Below are positions 50,419 to 63,473 of a stretch of 64,000 nt of DNA, piece after piece. Every line of letters starts with the position of its first letter. The first letter of the stretch is position 1. The notes beneath the pieces are model-generated. The model worked only from the letters and a program-made list of their open reading frames with translations, had not been told where the DNA came from and made no database searches. The stretch lies in NCBI RefSeq assembly GCF_001194135.2, contig NC_068995.1, forward strand, positions 28,949,873-29,013,872. The letters run 5' to 3'. Both the position numbers and the translations under genes were made by a program. Origin of the DNA: Octopus bimaculoides (Eukaryota).

Positions 50419-51088
50419 CATACGCACACATTCATACATACATATATACATACACACATGTAATTGAGTGCGTGTTTGTATGTGTGTGTGTGTGTGTGCG
50501 CGCGCATTAATACGTGCCTGTGTATATACAGCCATGTGGTGGAAATTAAGGTGATTGAAACGAATGTGTGAGAGACCACCGAGTGGGCTGTTACATGATT
50601 TCGAGGCGCCAGTCTTATCAAATTGTATCCCACTAATTCTTTATGAAGATTACATTAAGAATACAAGTGTATGGAATACTCAGCCACTTACATAATAATG
50701 AATTATTAGTGGGTTGATAGTTCCAGTGATCAGTCATCTAGAACACACATGCGTCTATACGGGATTTCAACATTATGTGTGTGTCCGTGTGTTTGTGTAA
50801 GTTCTTTTCTTTCCCTTTTTAATTTTAGAGTATATTTTGAACGGCCACCTACTTGGTAGCAAGGTTGTAAGGTTAAGTATCTTCCTTTAACCATCATCCT
50901 TTAAATCTTAAGAAGTTCTTGCAGATTTTTATACTCCCAGATATCGTGATCATTTGTAGCTTATGAGTTAAGGATTTGCACTCTTTCCCCAAGATCGCGA
51001 GATCAGCCATACTTTGTTCCAGACGGGTTGGTATGTATTATGAAGCTGAAAGTATACCTTGGGTACTGGATTTGCAAGCACCTTATTA

Positions 51089-51945
51089 ATCATCATCATC
51101 ATCATCGTTTAACGTCCGTTTTCCATGCTAGCATGGGTTGGACGATTTGACTGAGGACTGGTGAAACCGGATGGCAACACCAGGCTCCAATCTAATTTGG
51201 CAGAGTTTCTACAGCTGGATGCCCTTCCTAACGCCAACCACTCAGAGAGTGTAGTGGGTGCTTTTACGTGTCACCCGCACGAAAACGGCCACGCTCGAAA
51301 TGGTGTCTTTTATGTGCCACCCGCACAAGCCANNNNNNNNNNNNNNNNNNNNNNNNNNNNNNNNNNNNNNNNNNNNNNNNNNNNNNNNNNNNNNNNNNNN
51401 NNNNNNNNNNNNNNNNNNNNNNNNNNNNNNNNNNNNNNNNNNNNNNNNNNNNNNNNNNNNNNNNNNNNNNNNNNNNNNNNNNNNNNNNNNNNNNNNNNNN
51501 NNNNNNNNNNNNNNNNNNNNNNNNNNNNNNNNNNNNNNNNNNNNNNNNNNNNNNNNNNNNNNNNNNNNNNNNNNNNNNNNNNNNNNNNNNNNNNNNNNNN
51601 NNNNNNNNNNNNNNNNNNNNNNNNNNNNNNNNNNNNNNNNNNNCTTACTTGGCTTGCCGGGTCTTCTCACGCACAGCAAATTTCCAAAGGTCTTGGTCAG
51701 TAGTCATCGCCTCGGTGAGGCCCAATGTACGAAGGTCTTGCCTCACCACCTCAGCCCAGGTCTTCCTGGGCCTACCTCTTCCACGGGTTCCCTCAACTGT
51801 TAGGGTGTGGCACTTTTTCACGCAGCTATCCTCATCCATTCTCACCACATGTCCATACCAGCGCAATCGTCTCTCTTGCACACCACAACTGATGCTTCTA
51901 ATGTTCAGCTTTTCTCTCAAGATACTTACACTCTGACGGGTTAAT
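51089..51945 (-). mobile_element. RTE-clade LINE 3' end (5'-truncated, spans an N gap)
   Basis: Reads LREKLNIRSI..VQERRLRWYGHVVRM..VEGTRGRGRPRKTWAEVVRQDL..W..AV. The 3' UTR ends in a (GAT)n tail, seen as (ATC)n at 51089-51106. Confidence 0.9.
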
Positions 51946-52667
51946 GATCTATAGATGTCCTCTTTCTCCTGTATTTTTCTAGCCAAATTCATGTCCAGAG
52001 AGCAGCTGATTTCCACAACAGAACATATCTTTAGGTTGTGGTCGATATATTCTTTTGACCTATCTGTCTCGTGTGTGTATGTATGTATGTATGTATGTAT
52101 GTATGTATGTATGTATGTATGTGTGTGTGTATGTATGTATGTATGTATGTATGTATGTATGTATGTATGTACGAATAAAGACAAACCTGAAATCTGTATG
52201 ACAACCTTATACCTTATACTGACTGGCAGTCATGTAAGCCAGTACATGTATGGTGGGCTCATCATTGACAAAATCGGTATCATCAAAAGTTTCGCGAGTC
52301 TTGTGGTTTCTGAACACTCATATAAGATGAAAAATACTCTTCCAAAGATTAATCAACTTAAGGGATTCAAGTATTCATTATCGTGTATATATAAATATGC
52401 ATGTGCGTATATATCTGCATGTACACGTGTATACACATCTGCTCAGGAGAAGGGCACTCTTATTTGGGACTTGTGGTTTTAATGTCCCTGGTGGTCTTGG
52501 TTGTTTTTGTTTGTTACAAGTTTAGAAACTTCAAGTATTTGGAAAGCAGCATTCATTTTGCACGAATGTTTAGCCCTTTAAATCTATACCTATATGTGTA
52601 TATATGTGTAGGCATGAATGTATGAGTATACATATATAAATACATACATACGTTACGGTATTATCTA

Positions 52668-53250
52668 CCGATGAGACATTGTGTTGTAGCCTGGACACTG
52701 TATAACGAAATCCGTTGAAAGGATAACCTCGAGGACAAAGAAATAAGAACCCACAGTATAGTAGAATCCATAGCTACTCATGATGAAAAGGAGTACTGGC
52801 GGAATGTCCCAGTAAAAACTTCAATAAAACACAATAGACATGATATAATGATTTGGGATAGAGAAGAGGAACTGTGTACATTTGTGGAGATCAACTGCCC
52901 AGCGGATGTTAACATAAAGCTGAAGATCAATGAAAAAGAGAATACCTAAGCTGAACTTTTGAGAAATCTGCAGTTACTCTATCCAGATTACAAATTCAGA
53001 TTTATACCTGTAGTTATTGGGGCACTAGGATATGTAATACACTGCCTAAATACCAATCTTGAGAAATTAGGCTTCTCAAACCAGAAAGGAGAAAGCTGAT
53101 TCGAAGGCTACAGATTCAAGCCGTCACTGGAACTGTAAAAATCTATAAACCTTTCCAGACATTTATCATTTAAGAATATATGAGCATGTCTAAACAAGCA
53201 AGTACATACATGAGAAGGCATACATAAAACAAAACATGCAAATCTGCACG

Positions 53251-53302
<52 letters not shown>

Positions 53303-53463
53303 GCGATAGATAGATAATACATACATACATACATACATACATACATACATACATACTCTGTTGTTAATGTTGAAATTCCAATGGATCTAGATTAGAAACT
53401 GGCTCTTTCCTTATTGGTAAGAAATCTTGAAATAAAACTGAGTAATGACATACATACATACAT
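52668..53463 (+). mobile_element. R4/Dong-like RLE LINE 3' fragment with expanded internal (GATA)n(CATA)n and terminal (CATA)n
   Basis: Reads KHNRHDIMIWDREEELCTFVEINCPADVNIKLKINEKENT*AELLRNLQLLYPDYKFRFIPVVIGALG. The 3' UTR is homologous to 200-300. Confidence 0.85.
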
Positions 53464-53464
53464 A

Positions 53465-53497
<33 letters not shown>

Positions 53498-53792
53498 TGT
53501 ATGTATGTATGTATGTATGTATGTATGTATGCATGTATGTATAGAGGGAAGTGGGAGAATACTGGCAAAATTGACATCGAAAACAAGAAACCGAAGTTAA
53601 AACAGAGTAATTATCAGTTCCTTTGACCTTGCGAACTTAGGCTTTTCTTTAGAAAAATCGATAGATTGAGGGGAGTTATAGATAATAAGGAAAGGAAAAA
53701 GGGTGACAGCAGAAAAAAAAAAAAAGACGTATTGTTCTGTCACAAATCATGGTGAGTTCGACAAGGAATGAAGAAGGGATGGAATTTTAGGC

Positions 53793-53958
53793 AAATTACA
53801 TCGTTAGCACGCCGGGCAAAATTCAGAGTTGAAATTCCGTTGAGGTCGAATTATTTTTCATCCTTTCGGAGTTGATATCCGTTGGACACCAAAGATCGAT
53901 GTAATTGACTTTCACTCTCCTTTGAAATTGCTGGCGTTGTGCCAAAATTTGAAACCAA
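53793..53958 (+). mobile_element. SINE family B, decayed copy
   Basis: cgttagcacgccgggc..gaggtcga..ttcatcctttcgg..tgtgccaaaatttgaaaccaa. Confidence 0.7.
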
Positions 53959-55120
53959 TTACATATATCCACATGTGTATGTGTCAGTGGCTGTTTTTTT
54001 TGTATTGTGAAATCGGAATATATGGTATAGTATGAATGGGTCAGGTAATGTGTGTGTGTCGTGTGTGTGTGTGTCGTGTGTGTGTGTGTGTGTGTGTGCA
54101 TTTAGTTGGTTAGTGTGCGTGATGGTGTTATGGTGAGAAGGTAGTTGTATGTCTGCGCCGTTACTTTGAGTATGTGTTTGATTTATTATTACTAAGAGTG
54201 TACATACCTTTCTGTGTGTGTGTGTGTACATATTTTTGTTTCGTTGTTCCTTCGTCTACTTTGTAAATTAAAAAAAATTAAAACAGTTCAATGTATATAC
54301 ATAGAAATATACACACACCGGGTCACAACTTTGTTCATCATATCCACCCACAAGAATGGAAGTTTAAACAACGAGCTTCAAATATTAATATCAAATTTTA
54401 TAGAATATCTATTACAAAGTGCGCCGACAAATACAGCCGTAACTCATTCATAGAGATATAAATTATTACATGCATACGTGCCTATATATTATAAGCAGAA
54501 TCAGGTGCTCCGTAAACAAGCGTAGACCGATATAAATTTATCTTATGTAGACTAATTAAATTAATATCTTCTCGAGATATAGGCATTAAAATAGATATAT
54601 ACTGGGATACGAGGGTATTTCTGGAAACTGGGTGCATGTAAGAAATACAAGTAGAATCTTCTTGAGCCAGAGACAAGATAACAGAATTAAGAATTTAATT
54701 ACATTATATAGACCCACTTCAGAGACAAAAGAAGAGAAATTATTGTTACCTTATGTTTCATCTTAATATTCAGACGTCGTAGCTTACGATCTTACAAGTA
54801 AATCACTGAATGACCACCACATCTTGTAGGCATTTACCATCATATAACTGTTCGTACTTCAAAGAATTATTTCCCACTTGTTTTACATGCGCTGAAGATC
54901 GATAGAATTTACACAGACCTCTGTGTGGAATGAAGGATTTACTCACGGTATGTATTGCACAGTTTCATTGTCAATGTATGAAAATTAATACAAGCATAAA
55001 CGACATGTATAAGTGTGTGTGGTAGGTTTAATTTATCGCCCAGTTAACTCCACCATCTTGGCATCTTTGGTGCCTCTAGCAGAGTATTGCAAATTTTGGA
55101 GCACAGAGAGATGAAATATT

Positions 55121-55121
<1 letters not shown>

Positions 55122-55207
<86 letters not shown>
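55122..55207. repeat. (CA)n microsatellite
   Basis: Directly visible. Confidence 0.95.
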
Positions 55208-55212
<5 letters not shown>

Positions 55213-55256
55213 GCACACATACACAAACACACACAACACACTCACATACAGATATA

Positions 55257-56452
55257 CGAGGGTTGGCTAAAAAGTTTATAGGCTGACCAAGGTACTCTCA
55301 TGGAACGAAAAGTTTATTTTTCAACATAGTTCCTCCACTTGCGGTCCATATAATTCTGTTGGTGTTGCAGTGCTTGGATCTCATTGGTTAAGAAACTTTC
55401 GACATCGTCAACATTGCGATATTGGATCCTATTCAAGTGTTTTCTCTTGTTGGATAGTCGGATGGAGCCAAATCAGAGGAATAGTGTAGGTGATCAACCA
55501 GCTCCAAGACACAGTCATGCAATACAGCCATTGAAACCAAGAACTTGTGTGTTTGAACATTGATCTAATGAAATAAAATCCATTTTGTCAGTTTCCCTGA
55601 GCGTTTGGTTTTGATAGCCTTTCGTAACTGCCTAAGCAAGTTGGCATGATACTCTCCATTAATGGCGTGACCCTTTTGAAGATAGTCAATAAGCACAATG
55701 CCTTTTGCGTCCCATAAAACTGAGGCTGTCACCTTCTCTGCAGATGAAACGACCCCGGTCTTCTTTGGAGAAGGTGAGATTGGGTGTTTCCACTGCATGG
55801 ATTGTCTTTTTGTCTCTGGCTTAAAGTGATGAAGTCAAGACTCATCCTTGGTTAGAAAACGTCAATTAAACCAACTGAATCTGCCTCGAACAATGTCAGA
55901 TTTTTCCGTGATGGGATCAGCTGGTGTACTTTTGATGAGGTGTCACTAGACGTGGCATCCACCGAGCAGAATACTTCGTCATGCTAAGTTCACTGTGCAT
56001 ATTCTCAACTCTCACACGGGATATGCTAACAGCGTTGGCTATTTGATTTATAGTCAATTGCCTTCCAGCCATCATCATGTGGTAAACACGATCAATGTCT
56101 TCCCCGGAGGTGGCAATTTCAAAACATGCAGACCTTGGATCATCTTCAAGATTCTCTGTTCCACTTCTGAATTCAGCTGCCAACTTTTGCACTGTTGGTA
56201 AAGCTGAAGCATCATTCCCGAATGTAGAAACCATGTCAGCATGAATGCTATTGGGGACTAAACCTTTTTTCTGAAAATACATCACGATGCCAAATTTTGC
56301 CCATTTTCAAGGGTAGTTACTTCTGAAGTCCTCTTTGAACAGTCACATGTCACTTTACATGGACAGAAACAACGCAGTTATTAATAAGAAGATTTGAAAT
56401 TAATGTATGCAAGATTTCACAGCTCTGCCATCACTCCTTAATAGTCAGCCTA
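55257..56452 (-). mobile_element. mariner (DD34D-type) transposon, pseudogenised
   Basis: Reads IHADMVSTFG..VQKLAAEFRSG..LEDDPRS, WMPRLVT (cf. WVPREL), KVTASVLWDAKGIVLIDYLQKG..INGEY and HYSSDLAPSDY. One terminus is TA|CGAGGGTTGGCT..TAGGCTGAC. The other end retains only gtcagccta. Confidence 0.92.
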
Positions 56453-56866
56453 ATCGGACGTGATACGTCCTTTCAATGTATGAATAGTCCTAGGATTAAC
56501 ATATATTTCATTCAACGCTGCTTCATGCGACATTATTTATTTAATTCTAGCATCAACAAGGATATGCACATCAGCAAACAAACAGACCATTTGCTGTTTT
56601 CATAATTATAGTTCTATGCTTACCGGAAAGTGACTGAGTTATTTTCCGGAGAAGGCATAGCGAGATGACGCAGAAACGCAGGCATCCTATGATCCAATAA
56701 CGTCACTCACAGCCCAAAATAAAATGTTTACACAAGCCTCGGTGGAGAATTTTCTCCCGAGACTATTCCAACAGCAAACGGTCTTATCACGTCCGATTAC
56801 ACTTGAGCGTGTTAAATATGAATCTACACAAACACACACACGTGTGTATGTGTTTGTGTGTGTGTG

Positions 56867-56869
<3 letters not shown>

Positions 56870-56937
<68 letters not shown>
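56870..56937. repeat. (GA)n microsatellite
   Basis: Directly visible. Confidence 0.95.
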
Positions 56938-56941
<4 letters not shown>

Positions 56942-57767
56942 GGAGAGAAAGAAATATGAACGTAGTTGGGCATTAATAACTTTCATGTTTTTCGGCGTTC
57001 ATGCATACCTTCTTCCAGTTACACACAGTAAAAGTTCACAACATTCTTTGGAGAATGGAACCTGAGATATAAGGGCCTAAACAATCAATTCTTTGAATCA
57101 TGTTTCGTGATGTACCATTTAATCTGAAATACTCCTTTCTTACCCTCTAATGTTAGTATATTTCTTTTCTTCCGAAATGTGATTATCTTCATGAAAGAAG
57201 TAACAGGCGGTTGAAATAAACATATAACTTTCTATTACTTTCTAGATATGTTGCTCCTTGTAAACGATACAGTAGAAAATTATACGTCTTCATAAAAAGC
57301 ATACTTAATGAGACGAAAATTTTCACAGATTTACTTTTACAGTTCATTTTATACGCGATTTGCGTTCTGGAAATTAACAATATCGTATGTGCATGTGTGT
57401 ATGTATGTGTGTCTAGGTGCGAGTGTGGGTGTGTGTGAATGAGACAGGAAGAGAAAGAAAACCTGTGAGAGAGAAATGAACACAATGAGACAGGGGTCTT
57501 TGAGTGTGTATATTTGTGTGAATGTATGCATTTGTATTTCCAAGCTCAATGAGCGGATGATGAATCATACATATCCGTTTAGTCCACATCGAAAGTCATA
57601 TCAAAACATTACAAAGATCATGTTGGGGACTATCTGTTACTATAAAGTTCTCTCTCCCCCTCTCTCTCTCTCTCCTTCTCTCTCTCTCTCTCCTTCTCTC
57701 TCTTTCCAAATCTCTCTCCTCTCTCATTCCTTCTCTCTCATTGTATATATATATGCATATATGTATG

Positions 57768-57800
<33 letters not shown>

Positions 57801-59159
57801 NNNNNNNNNNNNNNNNNNNNNNNNNNNNNNNNNNNNNNNNNNNNNNNNNNNNNNNNNNNNNNNNNNNNNNNNNNNNNNNNNNNNNNNNNNNNNNNNNNNN
57901 NNNNNNNNNNNNNNNNNNNNNNNNNNNNNNNNNNNNNNNNNNNNNNNNNNNNNNNNNNNNNNNNNNNNNNNNNNNNNNNNNNNNNNNNNNNNNNNNNNNN
58001 NNNNNNNNNNNNNNNNNNNNNNNNNNNNNNNNNNNNNNNNNNNNNNNNNNNNNNNNNNNNNNNNNNNNNNNNNNNNNNNNNNNNNNNNNNNNNNNNNNNN
58101 NNNNNNNNNNNNNNNNNNNNNNNNNNNNNNNNNNNNNNNNNNNNNNNNNNNNNNNNNNNNNNNNNNNNNNNNNNNNNNNNNNNNNNNNNNNNNNNNNNNN
58201 NNNNNNNNNNNNNNNNNNNNNNNNNNNNNNNNNNNNNNNNNNNNNNNNNNNNNNNNNNNNNNNNNNNNNNNNNNNNNNNNNNNNNNNNNNNNNNNNNNNN
58301 NNNNNNNNNNNNNNNNNNNNNNNNNNNNNNNNNNNNNNNNNNNCACACACACACACACACACACACACGGTTGTGTTAAAGTAGGTATACAGTTATGAAA
58401 AAAGAAAACACGTACAATACTCATTTATTTTTATCAAAAAAATTAAAAGTTACATTAAAAGTATTATTGTAGTTGTGATAAATGTATTATTATGCTTGAT
58501 GGCAGAAAATATCAAAATGAAGTAAACTAATTTAATGTGCTAATAATTTAAATGAATTAAGTATTATAACATTGATGTGGTACTTACTCGATACCTACTT
58601 TTGCATTCCTTGTGTGTGTGTATATATATATGTATATATATATATATTCATGAAATATATAGCAATATGTACTTGTATGTATGTATGAATGTGTACGTTA
58701 ATGTATACCTGCACAGGTATGTTTGCACATTAAAGTGTTTATCGATGCATAGTGAGAAGTGATTTTTCAATGCATAAAAAGAAGCTTGTAGGTGTGCAAT
58801 GATATCGGCTTGTACAAATAAATGCAAGTTTCTTTCCTTTCAACAAAGTGCTAGAGATACATGCTGAACTTTAAATATATCCTGCATATTTTACTAACTA
58901 GCTTAACAGTTGGATATTTAGAACTCCGATAAAGTATCTTATTTTCATTCTGGAAAACGTCAACTTCTCAAGCCATAATATAATCAAATGTACAATACTT
59001 ATAATATATATATCTGCTAAATATCTTTCCTTGTATTTTGATGATAAAATTACACTATATCTACAACAAGACAGTTTTCGAGCTTGTACTCAGATCTGTT
59101 CAAATTGAATTTCATGAGAATTTTAATTGCAATAATCCAACAATCATCATTAATATTGC

Positions 59160-59372
59160 CTTCAAATTTTGGCGCTAGGCCAGCAGTCTCAGGGAAGGAG
59201 CTAAGTCGACTACAGCAATCCCAGTGCTCAACTGGTACTTATTTTATCGACCGTGAAAGGATGAAAGGCGATTTCGAATTCAGCGGCATTTGAACTCAGA
59301 ACACGAGGACTGACGAAATGCTGCTAAGCATTATGCCTGACTTGCTAACGATTCTGCCAGCTCGCTGCCTTA
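59160..59372 (-). mobile_element. SINE family B copy
   Basis: Reverse complement begins aaggcagcgagctggcagaatcgttagca, with B box gagttcaaat. Confidence 0.8.
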
Positions 59373-59677
59373 ATTATCATTAGTATTAAAAGAATTATGA
59401 ATTCTGTTAATGAATTCCTTTGGATAATCTATTCTCAAATATCAACTATGATTTGCAATGGCATCGTACCCCAGTAGAAAAGTAAAGAAATCATTTAATA
59501 TTTGGATTGTAATTTCCACAAAGGTGGCACGTTTTGACCACATTTTGCAAATATAGAAACTTTTACTCTCATATATAATAACTATCACAATATCATTTAT
59601 TCAGAGTTTGAAATTAACCGATTTCAAGGAAAATTAAAAGTAAATTGTAATGAAGCACTAAGCAAAATTATATTTAA

Positions 59678-60527
59678 CTAGCAGAGACACCCGGAGTTGC
59701 TCGAGATTAAAATAGCATAGTTTGTATATAAGCTATTACAGTTACGTTGAAACAGGTGATATGGGAAAGTGCAGCATTGACAACAAAACATTTGTGGAGT
59801 AAATGGTGGGCTAATTCGACTAAGCAACATGCTATGCGTCTGTTTGGGGTATTTCAGGCCCTAACCTGTGGGGGTTATGTGATTTTTGAACGCACCGAGA
59901 AGCTGTCAGTCGATATACTCTCTTTTGCAGCAGTCGGCGCTGTGTCTAACATGGCCCATCATCTGAAATGTTGACGCCTCCTTCGGGTTTGTTGTCCTAC
60001 ATCACTCATAAAGTAAATTTGGAGGAACTGTGGTTGTTCATTTGTGGGTAACAGGGAACCAATGAGGTGATAGACTTGCCCTTGAACTTTGACATCGTCG
60101 TAAATTCATGTTTATCTATCTTCTTAGATGCACCAAACGATGTCATTTGCTGAGTTGTATTGTCTGATATTGTTGAGAAAATCCTTTGACTGGATGGAAA
60201 TGCCTTCTAGAAGATTCATAGGAGGTTGAGAAGGACCCGGTAGTGATGGCAATGTTACCTGACCGCCTGAGCAGCACATACCATTTGTTTCATTTGAAAA
60301 TTTTAAAGCTCTACAGAAAAGACAATTTATGCTTTGCACACCAATTTGGACAGAGTTATTATTTTTATAAGAATGGAATGGATCATATCTGAAAACAGCT
60401 TCAGGAGTTGTGAAGAACGAATTTGTACGTAGTCTGTTTCTGAGAGCTATTCTATTGGACCTCTGTCTAATCACTAAAACATTGATTTAATGATCGAGCA
60501 TTAAGTGTTGCAACATGTATTTGTAGA
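59678..60527 (-). mobile_element. Internally deleted Helitron (N-terminal Rep-associated zinc-finger region joined to the 3' end)
   Basis: Reads CLFCRALKFSNETNGMCCSGGQVTLPSL..SKDFLNNIRQYNS..MTSFG. The 3' end is hairpin plus CTAG|T at 59678. A candidate 5' end A|TCTACAAATAC lies at 60527. Confidence 0.82.
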
Positions 60528-61399
60528 TGTTGAGAAAATCTCACCTAGCTTCTCTCGCGTTCGGTTTTCTACTATCCTCCTTGCTTTATACTTGTTTCTG
60601 GAAAGATTACGTCTTTTCTTTGGTGGCATATTTTTCCCAATATTGTAAACAAAAAATTATGAACATAGAAAGAAATTATACATTAATCCCTATTTTTGTA
60701 AGCAGTTGTATCCGTAAAAAATTTATTTGAAGAAAGCAGAAATTGAAAGAAGAGAAAGCGAAAAGAACAGAGAAGGAAAGTGAAAGATGTNNNNNNNNNN
60801 NNNNNNNNNNNNNNNNNNNNNNNNNNNNNNNNNNNNNNNNNNGCGTATGTGTGTGTGAGCGTGCGTGCGTGCTTGCGCGTGTGTATGTGGGAGAAAAAGA
60901 AGGTGAAAAAGAGAGATAGAGTGAGTGAGTGAAGGTGTGTGTCGTGATGATTGACGTCTTTTAACATTTTTACGTGAATGAAAATTAAGTTTAATTTGTA
61001 GCCAAAATAGTACTGAATTTTTCGATACCCCATACGTCAAAATCTGTTACTCGGTTTTGGAAAGCATAAGGAATATATAATATCAATGAGGCAGACCTCT
61101 ACATGGTAGCTAGACCTAGTAGAAATAGCAGCCAAATCTCCCTCAAACACCCTTCTGTCATAATCCGATAATTCTGCCTGTTATGTAATTTGAATGAGAA
61201 ACTGTAACTAAAGATTATTAAGAGAGAGGAAAGAAGAGAGACAGCATAGCAACGGTTTTGGCTGACTGTCATCCTGTACTCCCCTTGTTGTTAGCGAAAT
61301 GGTATAGGCCGGCTCTCTGAGCAACTGGTTGTTTTATTGGCGGAACAAACAGGACATTAAAGATTACAAAAATAGCGATTCTCACTTTGAAACGAAAGG

Positions 61400-61536
61400 T
61401 TTTGAAAATCTTTTTAGATTACGGAATGCCCCGCTCTCTCATGTATCCATGTTTAAAATTTCAGCGCGATCGGATGAACAATACTCGAGTTATAAGCGCA
61501 CAAACAGACAGACGGAACGGATTTTATATATTAAGA
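61400..61536 (-). mobile_element. Helitron-like 5' terminus
   Basis: Minus strand begins A|TCTTAATATATAAAATCCGTTCCGTCTGTCTGTTTG, typical of non-autonomous Helitron 5' ends. The 3' end was not located. Confidence 0.45.
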
Positions 61537-61873
61537 TGAGACCAACGAAAGACAGCTTGACTTAATAGAAATAGTAGTCAAATCGTCGTGAAACTAAACT
61601 CCTTCGTCTGAAAGCGACACAGTGGATAATGTTGTGATAAACAAAAATCGGTATGGTCATTTCTGGAATACAGTTGATGAGGGTTAAGCAATAACATCAA
61701 TAATGTGATTTATAAGCAATGTAATAATGTATAATGCAGTCAGTATCAAATCCTTTCATACGAGAATGAATAAATGAATGATTGAATGAAGGAATGAATG
61801 AATGAATGAATGTATGCAGGAAGGAAGGAAGGAATGATGCGTTTGATTTGAATTATTATAAGAAGTATTTATA

Positions 61874-61910
61874 CTAGCGGGACCCGTGAATATTTCATGG
61901 AACTAATGGT
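61874..61910 (-). mobile_element. Helitron-like 3' terminus
   Basis: Minus strand reads CCATGAAATATTCACGG-GTCCCG-CTAG|T. Confidence 0.45.
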
Positions 61911-62360
61911 AAACCTATTGAGTTATTTCTGAAAACTTTATCCAAAAATCCTGAAAGCGTAGCTTGTGTTGTGTTCATATGGAAAGATAGTCGCTCGTCT
62001 GCTACTCATTGAAGAGTGAAAAAAATTGGAATACGAGGATTACTTAATGCACTTTATTTATACGCTTTATATACTTTATGCACAGTTTAATAAAATCAAT
62101 ACACTGCACTCACAAAATGAATATTATTTTTCCATTTTTCCCGTAAAAAAATATATCGCCGAACATATGATACAACCTTTAGTTAAATTGCATATACCTG
62201 CCACGTAAATAAGCTCGACTGTTTCACGGAATTGCACTTATGCGCATGCGTTAAGTGGGGAAGGGTATACAAAAAATTAGTTCAATTAAAAAAGAATACA
62301 CTTTTCACTATCCACGCATCACCACCACCACCACCCTCTCCCGTCCCTCTCCCCTCCATC

Positions 62361-62418
62361 CTCTGCTCTCTCCTCTGCTCTCTCCTCTGCTCTCTCCTCT
62401 GCTCTCTCCTCTGCTCTC
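62361..62418. repeat. 12-bp tandem repeat (CTCTGCTCTCTC) x about 4.8
   Basis: Directly visible. Confidence 0.9.
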
Positions 62419-63427
62419 GCCTCCCTCTCTCCCCACTCTCTATCCTTTTCTTTAACCTCACCATCAGAACATCACCCCCTGCTAAAATTATATTTCTAAC
62501 TCTCTCCATATTTCTCCTTCAACCAACATTTTTAACCATTTTTAATAAAGATTACGCCCCCCTACCTCACGTCATGCATGCTTTTCTCTCGGTATTTTTC
62601 TATCCGTATTTTTCTCTCTTCGTCTTTTTCACTCTCCTTCTTCTTTCTCCCTCTTTCTGTCTCACTCTTCGCCTTCTCTTTTTCTCTCTCCTATTTTCTT
62701 TCTCTCTCTTGTTTTCTCTTTCCTCCCAACTAATCACGTGAAAGCATTACGGACGGGATAAGTAACGAAATGACTAGCAGAATTATTATAAGATTGAATA
62801 TCTGAAGCCATTTTTAACCATTGTTATAATGAATATTCTGAAAACATTTCAATGTATTGATTTCGATACTTTAAAAAAAGGTTGTTTTATAATGATTTAA
62901 ATTCAGTTTAGAATCGAAAAATGTATTCATGGTCGGTTTTGGGTAAAAAAAAAAAATCAGTACAATAAGCTTGTAAAAGTAATAAGAAAATAAAAAGGAA
63001 GAATATAACGAGGGCTTCATGACATCTTTTATACTCTTCAACTTTATCACGGGGTAATGTCAAGTCCAAACATTAGAACTCCTTTTCTCATGGTACACAA
63101 GTTTACTCTATTTTATGAACTATAAAAGAACATNNNNNNNNNNNNNNNNNNNNNNNNNNNNNNNNNNNNNNNNNNNNNNNNNNNNNNNNNNNNNNNNNNN
63201 NNNNNNNNNNNNNNNNNNNNNNNNNNNNNNNNNNNNNNNNNNNNNNNNNNNNNNNNNNNNNNNNNNNNNNNNNNNNNNNNNNNNNNNNNNNNNNNNNNNN
63301 NNNNNNNNNNNNNNNNNNNNNNNNNNNNNNNNNNNNNNNNNNNNNNNNNNNNNNNNNNNNNNNNNNNNNNNNNNNNNNNNNNNNNNNNNNNNNNNNNNNN
63401 NNNNNNNNNNNNNNNNNNNNNNNNNNN

Positions 63428-63473
<46 letters not shown>

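Noticed and set aside
56620-56830. CpG-retaining segment with CCAAT and CRE half-sites, promoter-like
   Set aside because: No downstream exon is evident and the motifs are short enough to arise by chance.
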